From: Massalongia carnosa
Lineage: Eukaryota
Reading direction: 5' to 3'
Length of the DNA: 64,000 bases
Assembly (NCBI GenBank): GCA_965645245.1
Contig: OZ287076.1
Location: forward strand, 1 to 64,000
Shown here: in pieces, positions 1 through 12,234 of the stretch
Layout: each line of letters starts with the position of its first letter
How positions within the stretch are numbered: position 1 is the first letter of the stretch
Notes under the pieces: generated by a model
Told to the model about the DNA's origin: nothing
Seen by the model: only the letters and a program-made list of their open reading frames with translations
Databases searched by the model: none
Program-made: the position numbers and the translations under genes

Positions 1-167
1 ACCCTAACCCTAACCCTAACCCTAACCCTAACCCTAACCCTAACCCTAACCCTAACCCTAACCCTAACCCTAACCCTAACCCTAACCCTAACCCTAACCC
101 TAACCCTAACCCTAACCCTAACCCTAACCCTAACCCTAACCCTAACCCTAACCCTAACCCTAACCCT
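1..167 (+). repeat. Telomeric repeat array (CCCTAA)n, ~28 units; chromosome end
   Basis: Perfect CCCTAA hexamers from base 1 to 167 (TTAGGG on the minus strand), the common filamentous-fungal telomere repeat. Confidence 0.99.
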
Positions 168-181
168 GTGTTCCCCTTTTC

Positions 182-3100
182 CTACTCCATTTCTTGCATA
201 CCAAGCTTGGCTCGTAGTTCTTTGAACATGGTTGCTCCCAAGGGCTTGGTGAATATATCAGCTATCATCTCGTGTGTGGATACGTGACCAGTTGAAGCAT
301 AGCCATCGTTAATGACTTCGCGAAGGTAATGGAGTTGGATGTCTATGTGTTTTGATCGGCTATGATGCTCGGGGTTTCTGATCAAGTCGAGTGTTCCCTG
401 ATTATCACCGTTCAGCTTGATCGGGAAGTTCATATGCTTGCCAAATCCCAATTCATTCATCCACCTTGTCACCCATACGATATCCTTGCCTGCTTGGCAA
501 ATGGATGAATATTCCGCCTCCATTGTTGACGTAACCACTGATCGTTGCTTCTTGCTTGCCCAAATCACTGCCCCATTGCCCAATAAAATTGTATGCCCGT
601 AGGTTGACTTGCGGTCATTGACGTCATCGCCGTATGCGGCATGCGCAAAGCTAATGAGATCACCGTTACGGTTATGGTCGTATACGAGGGCTAGGTCGGC
701 TGTCCCTTTGAGATATTTGAGGACTCGGTCAAGGGCTATTCGATGCCTCGTGGCTGGATCATGCGTGTACTGACTGAGTTTTCCAACTACTAACGCGAGG
801 TCTGGCCTCGTGCTTACCATAGCGTACATGACACTGCCAATACGCTTCTGATATTCTAATTGATTGGTTCTGGGCTCGTCAGCCGTTGCAGGTGTAAGGC
901 TTTCTTTCCCGTCTAATGGTGTTAGTACTGGATTGGCGTTATCCATCTGGTAATCGCGAAGGAAGTTCTTGATGTAGTTGGATTGATCGAGGAAAACCCG
1001 TTTTCCTTCACGTCGAATGCGAATACCCAACACGTACTGTGCTGGCCCTAGGTCTTTCATTTTGACTCACGATTTAATAGCTTTTTGATATCTTTGATCG
1101 CTGTCTTGCTCTTTGAGAAAATTAGTAAATCATCTACGTACAACGCGATGATTACGTGCGAGGTTTGGTTGACAAAGACGCAATTCTCGCCTGTGAGGTT
1201 CTTATAGCCAATAGAACGTAGGAATTTAGATATTCTTTTGTTCCACTCTCGTCCGGATTGCTTCAATCCGTAAAGACCCTTCCGTAGTCGTAATACGCAG
1301 TCTTCAAAGCCTGGTGGTGGCGTGAGGCCTTCAGGCATCTCCATGTAAATAATTTCTTCTAGATCCGCTTTAAGATAGGCATTCGGAACATCTATTTGCT
1401 CGATTTCAAACCCGAAATATGCTGCGAGCGACAAAAGCATCCGCAAAGATTCCTGACGGAGTGTGGGTGAAAAGGTCTCCTCGTAATCTAGGCCGAATAT
1501 TTATGTATATCCTCGTGCAACTAGGCGGGCCTTGTAGCGGTCTATGAAATTGTTGACCGTATATTTTATCTTGAATACCCATTTGGACGTCACGATATTT
1601 CGGCTATGCGGCCGTTTACAATACTCCCATGTGCCATTAGCAATGAGGGCACAAAGCTCCTCGTCTATTGCTATTAGCCATTTACGCCAGTCAATTCATT
1701 TGATGGCTTCTTTATAGGAGCGGGGTTTGGATAGCTTGGGGGTTTGATAAACTTGCTTGTGACCACTCTTGTCAGGGCATAGAAGGAATAAGGGCTAAGC
1801 TAACTAAGCGGGGCTTAGTTCTACGGCTAGGCTTAGTCATATGGAAAGCAGTTGGTCTGCGTTACGCGGCTGGTATCTACTGCCGAGAGTATAGTACGAG
1901 CGATCGAGATATACGAGGATGCTCGTACGATTAGTGAGCGGATGGTACGATACAGTCAGCACAGTGTCCACGATACAGTCAGCACAGTGTCCACGATGCA
2001 GTCAGCAGAGTGTTTAGCCGGCTTATCCGGTAGGAGTAATGGGCGGTCAAGATAGTTACAGTATCAAGGGCCCAGAGGGTCAAGGGCTTCGGTCCGGGTA
2101 TATAAGGAGGCTGCTCGAGGGAGATGCAATCTTCAACGATTAGTCTTCCGCTTTACCTACATACTTCTTTTAGTATATTAGTATAGCAAATCATTAGTGT
2201 CTTCACATTGTCACATATCCCTAGGCCTGGTGTCTGATAATCGCCAGGTCTGACTCTTACAACTCTGGTCTAGGTTTGCGTCCATGTCTGCTTTCCGAGC
2301 TATATGCCCGTGTGCTTTATCGAAGCCGTACTTATCGAATGGCTTTCGCTCCCGCGTTGATCGACGAGTAGGCTTATAAGCAGAGGTTTGTATAGTGGAA
2401 GAAGAAGACTTGATGGTTGATGAAGATACGGAAGTGGAAGGGTTCGTAGGAGTGGAAGAGTTTCGATTATGATTTTGCGACCGGAATGTTGAACCATCTG
2501 GTCGCTGATAAGCATTAGGGGATGAATCAGTGATAACTTGCTGATTTTCAGGATTTGATCCTGAATCCCCTCCTGAATTTTCGTCTCTAACCTGATTTTG
2601 AACACCCTCAGGCGCTCCCACTTGATCAGAATCAGGTTTATTTGTGTCATCCTCGTTATCAGTACTATTGTCGTCAGCATCATTAGTGACGCCGGACTGT
2701 ACGAATAACTCGCGATCCTCATTTGAATTTGCTCCTCCTAGAATGATCCCGCCGGGTGTATTTTCTAGGAACTTAATTGAAGTATGCCATTCTACCTTGC
2801 TCGTTTTTGGATTATAAATGCGATATTGGTTTGAAGAGTGATATCCGACGAAAATTCCTTGCCAGGATACTTTATCCAGCTTGGATCGATTTTCCTTCGG
2901 GATATGAACGTGAACCAAGCAGCCAAAGGTGCGTAGATGGCTGATGTCCGGTTTTTGCTGCGTCTATTTTTCTTTGGGTGACTGGTTTACTTTGGCGGTA
3001 GGTAGGAGGTTTCTGAGATAGTTAGCAGTCATTGCTGCTTCTCCCCAGAAGGAATGAGGCAATTTCGCCTATACGAGCATGGACCTAATCATTTGAACGA

Positions 3101-5252
3101 TTGTTCGGTTATATCGTTCCGCAACTCCATTCTGTTCTGGAGTATACGGTGTAGTGGGTTCAGCGCGAATGCCATCGGGTCGATTAAGTTCCATGAATTT
3201 CTTGTACTCCTTAGCATTGTCGCATCGGAATTTGATTACCTGCTGATTCTTTTCTCTTTCAACGACATTGATCCACTCTTTGATAGCTCCATAAATGGTT
3301 CGTCGGTTTTTAAGGAGAATTAGCCAGGACTTCCGTGTAAAGTCATCAATCAATGAAATAAAGTACGAATGGCCTCCGAGGCTAGCCATACGATAGGGGC
3401 CCCAGATATCCGTGTGAATCCTGGTCAATGGCCGGACTGTTTTCGAAAACGGCTCGTGACTGACCACTCGAGTTAACTTGGTAAAGTTGCAGATAGAACA
3501 TGAAAGTTGTGTAACAGTTGGTGAAAAGGAAGTTATTCCAGACGCATAGCGGTATAAATCCTGGAGTCGTTTTGGGCTGGGGTGACCCATTCGGGCGTGC
3601 CACAGCCTGTATTCACGCTCTTCTGGCCTTTCTTGACCTACAGGTGATACCGATTTTTCTCGCGTGCAATCTCTTGCTGTTATTGTAGGCTTGTTCGACG
3701 ATTTAGGATCTTCGGGGTTGGCTTCCTCGATATTTTCGCTGATTTCCGCGAATGCCTGTAAGGCAACCTGAGAGGTCCGCAAGAAATACGTACGTCCTCT
3801 AAGAAAACCGCTGGCCACTGAGGTACCCTTCCGCAGGATCTCCACACCTTTTCCATGAAACAAGACATTTAACCCCTTTTTGTTTAATGCCGAAATAGAC
3901 AGTAGACTTGCATCCAGTTGGGGGACGTATAAAACGTCGGTCATGCGAATGGCAACACCATCGATATCCACAGAAATATCGCCCTTACCCTTGCTCCAAA
4001 GCCTCTGGCCATTAGCAATTCGAATTGGGGTGCGGTGGTATTCGAATTTCGTGAAGAAATTTCGCATATAGGTCATATGACGTGAAGCACCAGAGTCTAG
4101 CATCCAGCCACTAGTTTTATCCTCTGCACCTTCACGGACTTCAAAAATTTCTTCTAATTTTTCAACTTTCTCATCAATAACCTTTTATTTTATATCCACG
4201 GCCATCCACCCCTCATCCTCACTGGCACCATCGTCAAAGTCCTCTTCATTGGCCGGCCGGGCAGTGCCTTTGCTTCGGCCACTGAAGTTGGAAGAACTGG
4301 TATTGCTCGTGGAGGTAGCCTAGTGGTACTCCGTGATTTCAATTTGGGTACAGGTTTTGATGTTTCGGATTTGGACTTCGGTTTCCTCCGTTGCTCAGGA
4401 TGGGTGCGTTCCCATTCCTGGCCTTCGTCGGTGTCATCGAGCCAGCTCCAGCAATAGATTCGGATATGTCCAAGTTTCCCGCAATGGTCGCACTTCTTTG
4501 GTGGCCCTTTACCCTTTTTTGCATCCGCTCGATGGGCATCCTCGACAGAGTCATCCTTTTCGAATTTTAGTCGCTGCTCCGTCGCTTTCAAGGCCTCCTT
4601 AGTTGCTTCCAAAGTAAGCTCGGGGTTCCCGTTCCAATAAAAGCTTTGTTGTATCAAATGCAGGGTCCTCCACGGCACTCATCAGGGCTATGGCCATCAA
4701 CGCATCGTGAGGCTCAAACTCCGATTTTATGTCCGCAATCTGGACTCGTAAGGTCTCAAGGGCCCCTGCTATATCATCGATGGAGTCGCTGGATCCAGCC
4801 TTGTAGGTATAGAATCGCTTCAATAAATAGTTAATTCTTCCTCTGGCGTGGACTCGATAGACCTTCTTTAGAGCGTCCCAGGCGGCTTTGGATGTTGTTT
4901 TGTTTCGAAGGTGAGTCAATTGGCTTTTCTCACAGTTGGCCCGTATCCATTTCAATGCGTTGGTAGCATCGTGGTCCCATTCGTCAAAGTCTTTTGGTCG
5001 GGTTACTGTATCTGGTTGAGGGGTTTTTCCTTCTACTAACTTGAGGACTCTCATAGATTTAAGCTGAATCCACATCTCTTCCGCCCAGGTTAAATAATTA
5101 TCGGCACCTAGCTTGGGCTCTACACTTATATCCCCTTTCCTTACCGCTTTTGTATACTGCCCATCGGGGCCAGAAGATGAAGAGGAAGGAGGGGAAGGGC
5201 TGGTCATACTTGCTGGTGTATTAGGGTCTGTGGAGTCGCGTTGGTCCGCCAT
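182..5252 (-). pseudogene. copia-1 gag-pol polyprotein, fragmented
   Basis: ORF fragments 4599-5252, 4190-4678, 3069-4103, 2211-2918, 1057-1446 and 182-1060 carry consecutive copia domains separated by stops, frameshifts and a solo-LTR insertion. Confidence 0.93.
1770..2261 (+). mobile_element. Solo LTR (492 bp) inserted in copia-1
   Basis: TG...CA ends flanked by 5-bp TSD ACTCT (1765-1769 / 2262-2266). TATATAA near 2099. Internal 23-bp tandem repeat CGATACAGTCAGCACAGTGTCCA, ~2.9 copies (1948-2013). Confidence 0.9.
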
Positions 5253-5312
5253 CTCGTTATGTATAACCTCGAAACTAATACAAGAAAATCACTCGGCAGC
5301 ACTACAGGCTAA

Positions 5313-5326
5313 CCGGGCTCATAACC
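5313..5326 (-). promoter_or_regulatory. Primer-binding site of copia-1 (GGTTATGAGCCCGG), complementary to the initiator tRNA-Met anticodon arm
   Basis: Abuts the LTR end at 5327. Identical motif at 44904-44917 in copia-3. Confidence 0.85.
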
Positions 5327-5657
5327 TGTTTAAAATAGGAGGGATGGATGGAGAATGATGGACCCAATGCACAGAAAACAGGTGGCAGAGTGCCAGAAGT
5401 CTCTGGATAGTACAGAACTTCTATGAATGAAATAATTCAGATTATTGCAACTAATCTCTAAGCTATGCGTAGGAGTGATGTTATATACACATGATCACAG
5501 AACATTCGAGATTCTCCTCGAACGTCTATAGACCTGAATTTCTAAGCATCGAAGATACCAGAAATTCTCAGATGTAACCATTTCCATATCAGTAAAATAC
5601 GCGAGGGCATTCGCATATTACGTCAGATATGATCTAGCTGGCTTGGCATTCGCAACA
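5327..5657 (-). repeat. 5' LTR of copia-1 (~331 bp)
   Basis: Starts TGTT next to the primer-binding site and ends AACA at 5657. Length is similar to the 339-bp LTR of related copia-3. The outer end is inferred because there is no partner LTR. Confidence 0.65.
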
Positions 5658-5671
5658 CGCAGCTCTCACAG

Positions 5672-6289
5672 TTGCAGGCTGCGGTCTCGACGCTACCTCG
5701 ATCCTTTCTGACGGTTCCTGTGGAGGCTGTTCGGAGGGACTGGCTGCTGGACGAGGCTTCTTGGCGAGGGCAGGCGACTGCTCTTGCGACGGCGGCGCAT
5801 TCCGTTGGTGAAGAGCCTGCTGCGTCGGCGTCCTCGTACGTCGACGCAGTCGCTTCTCTCCTTCCTGCACCTTCTGTCGTCCTCACTTCCGTCCCCGGAG
5901 AGGCGTCTACGGTCTCTGCGCCCTGTGGCTCCCTCCCCCAAGAGGGGCCGCCTCAACGTCCTCCTGGCTGCCCGGCGGAGCCCATTCTCGGCGGCGTGAC
6001 CTCGGCGGAGGCGGTGTTGGAGGAATTGGCGGTGGGGACGTTGGTGGAGGGGGTCCGGCATACGTCTCTCGACGAGTTGTACTGCCTCTTCGGGGCTAAG
6101 TGGAGGTGCACTCCTGCCCTGAGGCAGCGGTTCTACGTCAAGAGACGGATCCGTCGGTACCTTCAGGGAAAGGCGAATGAGCAGGGGAGGGATCCGTGGG
6201 ATATTGCGCGGGAAGTTGACAGTTTGGGGCTCTCTGGACATCAGATCTCTAAGCGTATTGACGCTGAAGAGGATCTGCTTCGTCGATAG
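5672..6289 (+). pseudogene. 5'-truncated ORF with GCR1_C-like C-terminal domain (possible Crypton-type remnant)
   Basis: Low-complexity Ala/Pro linker followed by VTSAEAVLEELAVG..SLDELYCLFGAKWR..RQRFYVKRRIRRYL, resembling the GCR1_C pattern. The 5' end abuts the copia-1 LTR. Confidence 0.45.
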
Positions 6290-7250
6290 GTCAATGGTAT
6301 ATCTCTTTCTCTCTACGAATACTAGCCATGGAGGTCTGTAACACCGTTCCTATTAAGAAGCGATCACTCGTAATTACCCTGTAGTACCTCCTTCTCGTTC
6401 CTGTGACTGGGTGACGTGGTATGATGAATTGAAAACGATATCAGCTAACGAGTTTTGGAATATGGCAGATCCAGACCAACCTACTGTTCTTCCTGCGGCA
6501 GCTCCCTACAAGCAGGTAGTAGCCAAGGCCCGACAACACGATTTGTCGGAGTTCAAGCACGGAATATGGCTTGGAAATATGTCGTCGTGGATGAAACCAC
6601 ACGCACCAGAACTATCCTATGCACTTCGATCCAGAGGCAACGACGCCGCAAGAAATGACATATCGCAATATCCAGAAGTCCTACGAGAAATCCGAGAATA
6701 CTTGAGAGATGGAGTGAAGCAGACGGTCCGGGGAGCCGCGTTCCAGACGTTAGTGGACGACGAAGACGAAGATGGCCTACTAGAAGAAGTAGCCAATACA
6801 GCCACTAAGAGAAAGAGGGCAAATACAACTGGACAATCTCACCGTGGAGGGAAAAGGCACGATAAGATATGCCCTGCGTGTGAAAGACCAGGCCATGATC
6901 TCGAGAACTGTTGGTTTATATTCCCAGAAGGGAAACCAGATGACTACACTCTAGGGAAAAGGAAAACTAAAGAGGTAAACAATAGAGTGGATAAGGACAG
7001 GAAGTTAAAAAAAAAGAAGTCGAAAGGATAAGGAAGGATAAAAAGAAGGTTGAGGAGATTCCACCATAGCAAATATCGTTGGTGGACCACCAAGATCTTC
7101 ACGAATCAACGTCGGTGGATCATCAGAATCAAGACGAATCAATAGACGCTGCATTCCTTCTAAATCATCAATCAGAAACATCACTTCCTTCTTCATGGCC
7201 TGACGACATCCTAGATTCTGGAGCCTCCATACATGTCTTCAATGACATAG

Positions 7251-7733
7251 TGAAACGGGAAGACCTTCTCCCAGCAGGCATTCACTACTGGAAGATGGGA
7301 TCCACAGGGGCTACACAACGTGATGGTCACAATAGAGGTACAAATAGGTAGGGTCGGGTCAAAGGGTAGACTAAATGCTACCCTTTTGAAGTGCTTGATC
7401 ATTGATCTATATAGGATAGGACAATCCATAACCTAAGCTCTTCTTCCATACCTTGCCCATACTACCTGGTATTTTCGGACTCCGAAATACTTCGGACACC
7501 GAAAGACACGGGTAGATAAGACTAGGCAGGTGAGCTAGGGGAGGTGAGGCGAGGCGAGGGGATACTTCGGTACTACGAAAACACCTCCATAATAAGTTAA
7601 GTCCCCACACTATGCCTAACTGGGTTAGGCGGGACCTTATTGTCTTGGTAGTTGTTTTGGCTGTACGTATCCCACATAGCCACATAGGCAGGTCTTACGT
7701 TCAACGAACGCATACTAGGCCTACCCTATTACA
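7251..7733. mobile_element. Solo LTR (483 bp) inserted in the copia-2 protease
   Basis: TG...CA ends, TSD CATAG (7246-7250 / 7734-7738). Removal rejoins FND-IARFQNFTK. Confidence 0.9.
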
Positions 7734-9860
7734 CATAGCTCGTTTCCAGAACTTCACTAAAGCATCGAAGATCATATACATACAAGCCGGATCATCAAGG
7801 ATTCCAATCCTTGGTTAAGGTAGTGTCAGAATACCTATACTCCGAGAAGATAAATCTGAGGGGGTGATGAGACTATCGAACGTTGCATATTGTGTGGACT
7901 TCGTTGTAAATCTAGTGTCGTTTCAACAACTAAGAAAGAGAGATATATACTGGGACACGGAAAGGAATGTTCTATACAAGAAGACTAATAAAGGACGAAG
8001 GACAATTTGTCTGATTCATCAAGTTGACGAACTTCCTGCATTCCAAAGGTCAGATTCATCTAGTAAGGCCGCATTGCTAATAACTCCAATACCTCGTCGT
8101 CGTTCAGGAAAACCTAGATCCTCCTCAAAGGGAGATGCCTTCATCTGGCATTATCGTATGGGACATCCTGGACCAATAAGCCTTCACAAACTAGGAGAGA
8201 ACTCATTAGGTGTTACACTATTAGGGCCATCGACCACTCAGTGTGAGGCGTGTAGTCTGGCAAAGATGCATAGACAAATATCACGTCGGCCAGGAAATAG
8301 AAAAGTAACGAAGCCATTCCAGGAACTGCACATAGATTGGACGGGTTTCGATAAGGCCATGGATGGTTTTATACGAACAATGTTTATCACAGACAAATAT
8401 ACTGGATTAGTCATACCTTATTTCATGTCAACACACGGAGAGGAGTCAGAAACCTTCAAGATTCTCAAAGACCTAATGGCTTGGTGCAAGCAACGGAACC
8501 TACTGATAGAAATGATACGGTCAGATTTGGAGTTGAATAGAAAGCGTACCAACAAGTGGTTGTCATCGGTAGGGATAGAATTCGAACCTTCCGCTCCTAG
8601 AACTGCAGCACAAAATGGTGTAGCGGAACGTCAGGGGGTGTGATAGTGACGAAGGCGAGGGCGATGTCAATAGGAGCTAAGTTACCATCAAATCTCTGGA
8701 AGGAGGTAATAGATGCGTCAACGTATTTACATAATAGGACTCCTAGAGAGGCTCAGTCCTGGAAATCACCGTTCGAAACATTCTACAAAACCAAACCTCA
8801 ATTGGCCCATTTAAAGGCCTATGGCTGCAGAGCATATGCGATGACTGAGGACGCTCAACTTCATAAGAACAGACGACAGAAACTCCAACCCCGTGCATAT
8901 ATAGGACACCTGGTAGGATACCGATCGACGAATATCTTTAGAGTGTGGATACCAGAAAGACATGGTGTCATCTCCACACGAGACGTGATATTCGATGAGT
9001 CCAGATTCTACGAAGGACAGTTACCCGAAGAAGGAACGTCTGAAGTAGAGATAGAGACCATCATAAATAGGATCGAGTTGCCAGTGGCAGAAGCAATAAA
9101 TGAAGGCATCTTAGAGGAAGATGTGGAGATACTGGAGTATCATAATGATGAAGCAGAGGATATATCTGACGTCGATAGGCTTGATAGACCAGACAAATTG
9201 ATCGAGGATCTACGCCAAGCAGAGGAACAAGAACGTGGATTACCAACACCACCACCAGATGAGGATGACGAATTAGCCATGGCACTTCATGCTCGGTTAG
9301 AAATTGAAGATATACATGAGGCAAGCTGCTCTCAATGTGACTTCGACGATAATATCTATATCAATAAAGAAGCACCACGCATCCAAACATCAGAACTCGG
9401 GGCATTTGCTGCTGGTCGGTTGTTCAGTAAGTTCCATAAGTTGAATCTACCCCCACCTCCCAAAACCATACGTGACCTGGAGGGTCACATGTTCGAGTCT
9501 CACTTTATCGATGCCATCAGAGAACATCTCGGTTGGCATGAGAAGATGGAGACGTTTGAACTAGTCAAAAGCAAGCATACCATAAGACATCAAGTGCTGG
9601 ACTGCATATGGGTTTTCACCTACAAGACAGACAGTGATGGCTATTTGGTAAAATGCAAAGCTAGATTAGTAGTATGTGGGACTCAACAAGAGGTTGGGGA
9701 ACTACCAACACGAGCGACCACTTTGGCCAGCTCAGCATTCAGGTCCATGATGGCGTTAGTTGCGAAGTATGATCTAGAAACTAGACAACTCGATGCAGTA
9801 AATGCATTTGTCAACTGGCTGCTGGACGAGGTGGTATACATACGTATTCCACCATATTAT

Positions 9861-10125
9861 CCATTCACAGGTAGACATTCGCATTCGACGTCGAGCGGGC
9901 GGGCACTGAAAAGAGGACGACTCTATCAGAAGACCAAACAGCGGCGACCCCTGGTGAAATGATGACTTCTGTAAAAGGAAGGCCTTCACACCCAAGAGAA
10001 ATCGCAGCCAGTCTAGGTGAGAAACCATTCTGGAGAACTAGTCAACAAGGACTGATCACCCTTGAATCGGTATAGTCCCGGACAGTAAAGCTCAAAGGTG
10101 GAAGAGGTTAAATCAGAGATGTGGT
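9861..10125 (+). other. ~265-bp insertion in the copia-2 RT with group-I-intron-like core motifs
   Basis: Interrupts RIPPYY / LKQKYVLRLRKALYGLRRSP. No TG..CA ends and no 5-bp TSD. Contains Q-, R- and S-like motifs. The insertion itself is well supported; its identity is uncertain. Confidence 0.4.
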
Positions 10126-11437
10126 CTAAAACAAAAATATGTGTTAAGACTGAGAAAAGCACTCTACGGCCTGAGACGGTCACCATATCTATGGCAGAAG
10201 CATCTGTCAAAACATTTCAATCCATGGAGTTTAGGGCCATACCTCAAGAATCATGTATAATGATGAGAGGCGGAATCCTAGTATTCTATTATGTGGATGA
10301 CACGGTATTTTGTTACCACAAATCGATCGAGGGTCAGGCCTTGAAAGCCATCGAGTATTTATGTTCAATATACACCATGAAATCGCTAGGGGAAATCGAA
10401 TGGTTCTTAGGAATCAGAGTCATAAGAGATAGGTCTAAACGACTTCTATGGCTATCCCAAGAGGCCTATATTGATAAGATGGCTAATAAATTCGATGTTC
10501 AACTAGATAAGAAACTACCAGATACTCCTATGATATCAACTCAATATACAGTATCAGAAAACAAAGCTTCCCATCAGTCCATTCACTTATATCAACAAAG
10601 GATAGGAACAGCCCTATTCGCAGCCATAACCACTAGACCAGATATCGCATTCACGGTATCCAAACTATCCCAATTCTCCATAAATCCTTCAGATAAACAT
10701 CACCAGGCAGCGTTGCGAGTCCTAGAATACCTATACGCCACCAAAACCCTGGCGATTCAATATGAAGGAAAAAAAGAGGAAGGGATACAAGGGTTCCTAT
10801 GTGCTAGCGACGCGTCCTTCGCGGACAACAAGGATAGGAAAAGTTCTCAAGGATATATAATGACGCTGTTCGGAGGACCGGTTGCATGGAAAGCAAGCAA
10901 ACAGGCGACGGTGACCACATCGAGCACTGAGGCCGAATTGATGGCCATGTCGGACACCACCAAAGAAGCAATCTATCTAAGACGACTGTTAAAGGCCATC
11001 AAGGTGAGAATGGAGGGACCGGTGATCATCGACTGCGACAACGAACAGACTATCAACTTGATAACTAGTGAGGATATGAAGCTTCAAACTCGGCTTCGCC
11101 ATGTGGACATACATAATCACTGGTTGAGACAGGAATATCAGGCCGGTAGGGTGTCGATAAGATGGTTGGCCACAGCTAAGATGCCGGCGGACGGATTGAC
11201 GAAGGCCTTATCAAGGCAGAAGCACGAGGGATTCATAAGATTGATAGGATTGGTGAACATATCGGAAAGATTGGTCTCGATACGAAAGATGGAAAGTTTG
11301 AAAAATCGTCTAATGCATTCACAATCGGGCGTTCAGGTGGCGTGTTTCGGAGGACAAAGTATCAAGATGAGGAATATAAGGAATTATACTGGACTGATTC
11401 CAGATCTATAAACGGTGTTTCTAGATCTGAGGGGGAG

Positions 11438-11629
11438 TGTCAAATTATAGGATAACTAATCCTAAATATCAGTGGTAACTCAGGATGATATATCCGAAGG
11501 GTTATTCCGGCCCGAATAGACACGCGGCCTCCCCCCTTAGATAGATTTCCACTTTTCCACATCCTCCACAATACAATCAACATCTACCCAATTCCCTGAT
11601 TATGCCTTTTGACCCTTATATATTTGACA
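11438..11629 (+). repeat. 3' LTR of copia-2 (192 bp)
   Basis: Follows the polypurine tract; 8-bp inverted termini TGTCAAAT...ATTTGACA. Confidence 0.85.
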
Positions 11630-12234
11630 TCTTGTGACGAGGCGTGCAACTACACCACGTATCGCGCCATCAGTGCTACGTTAATTCTACTCGGGGTAAG
11701 ATGCTTCTTCTATTCAGAGGGAGCTCTTTTCAGCAAACCCAGGTTCATAATTCTAGCAAAACTCCTTTGTGGTTCGATTGCGAAGCGCAAATGTCGACCT
11801 TCGCAACGACCAGGGCCAAGCAGGGCGTCTGTTTTGCACGGCGATCCTACACTTCACAGCACATCAAATCAGACAATTCAGGCACGGGTCTACTCGTTGA
11901 AGGATGCTCTATTTGAAGGTTTAAATTGCTTCAAAATATAATCTTTTCTCGCTGTGCGAGACTACAACTTCGGGCTACTAAAGCTATTTGGCGTGACAAG
12001 AAGGATTTAGGATTTTATACGCCGCTAAGTGTCACGGGCGAACAACGCGCGCCTTCAGTACGTTGGTCCAGTAGCTTCCCAGATCGGTGATCAGGACCAT
12101 TGGTCGAGTAACTAAAATTGACATATGTTACTCAAATTTTTCACCGTATCATCTATCTTTCATCACTAAGTCAGCGCCCAGCTTATTGACTCACACCAAG
12201 CCAAGCCAATCGACCCACCAAAGGAGTTTCCGAC

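Larger units (their letters stand above)
168..5657 (-). mobile_element. Ty1/copia LTR retrotransposon 'copia-1', 3' LTR missing (cut by telomere), degenerate
   Basis: Minus-strand ORF pieces in copia order: gag (5252-4599), zinc knuckle CDHCGKLGHIRIYC, protease LDSGASRH, integrase (HTDIWGP..KFRCDNAKEY..PEQNGVAER), RT (ALYVDDLLIF), RNase H (RKSTYGH..ADIFTKPL). Primer-binding site at 5313-5326, LTR 5327-5657. Several stops and frameshifts. Confidence 0.95.
6340..11629 (+). mobile_element. Ty1/copia retrotransposon 'copia-2', 5' LTR absent, degenerate
   Basis: gag knuckle CPACERPGHDLENC, protease ILDSGASIH, integrase (WHYRMGHP, LHIDW, IRSD, QNGVAER), RT (YYVDD), RNase H (SDASFAD..ADGLTKAL) ending 11411. 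Polypurine tract GAGGGGGAG 11429-11437, then 3' LTR. The 5' boundary is approximate. Confidence 0.93.
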
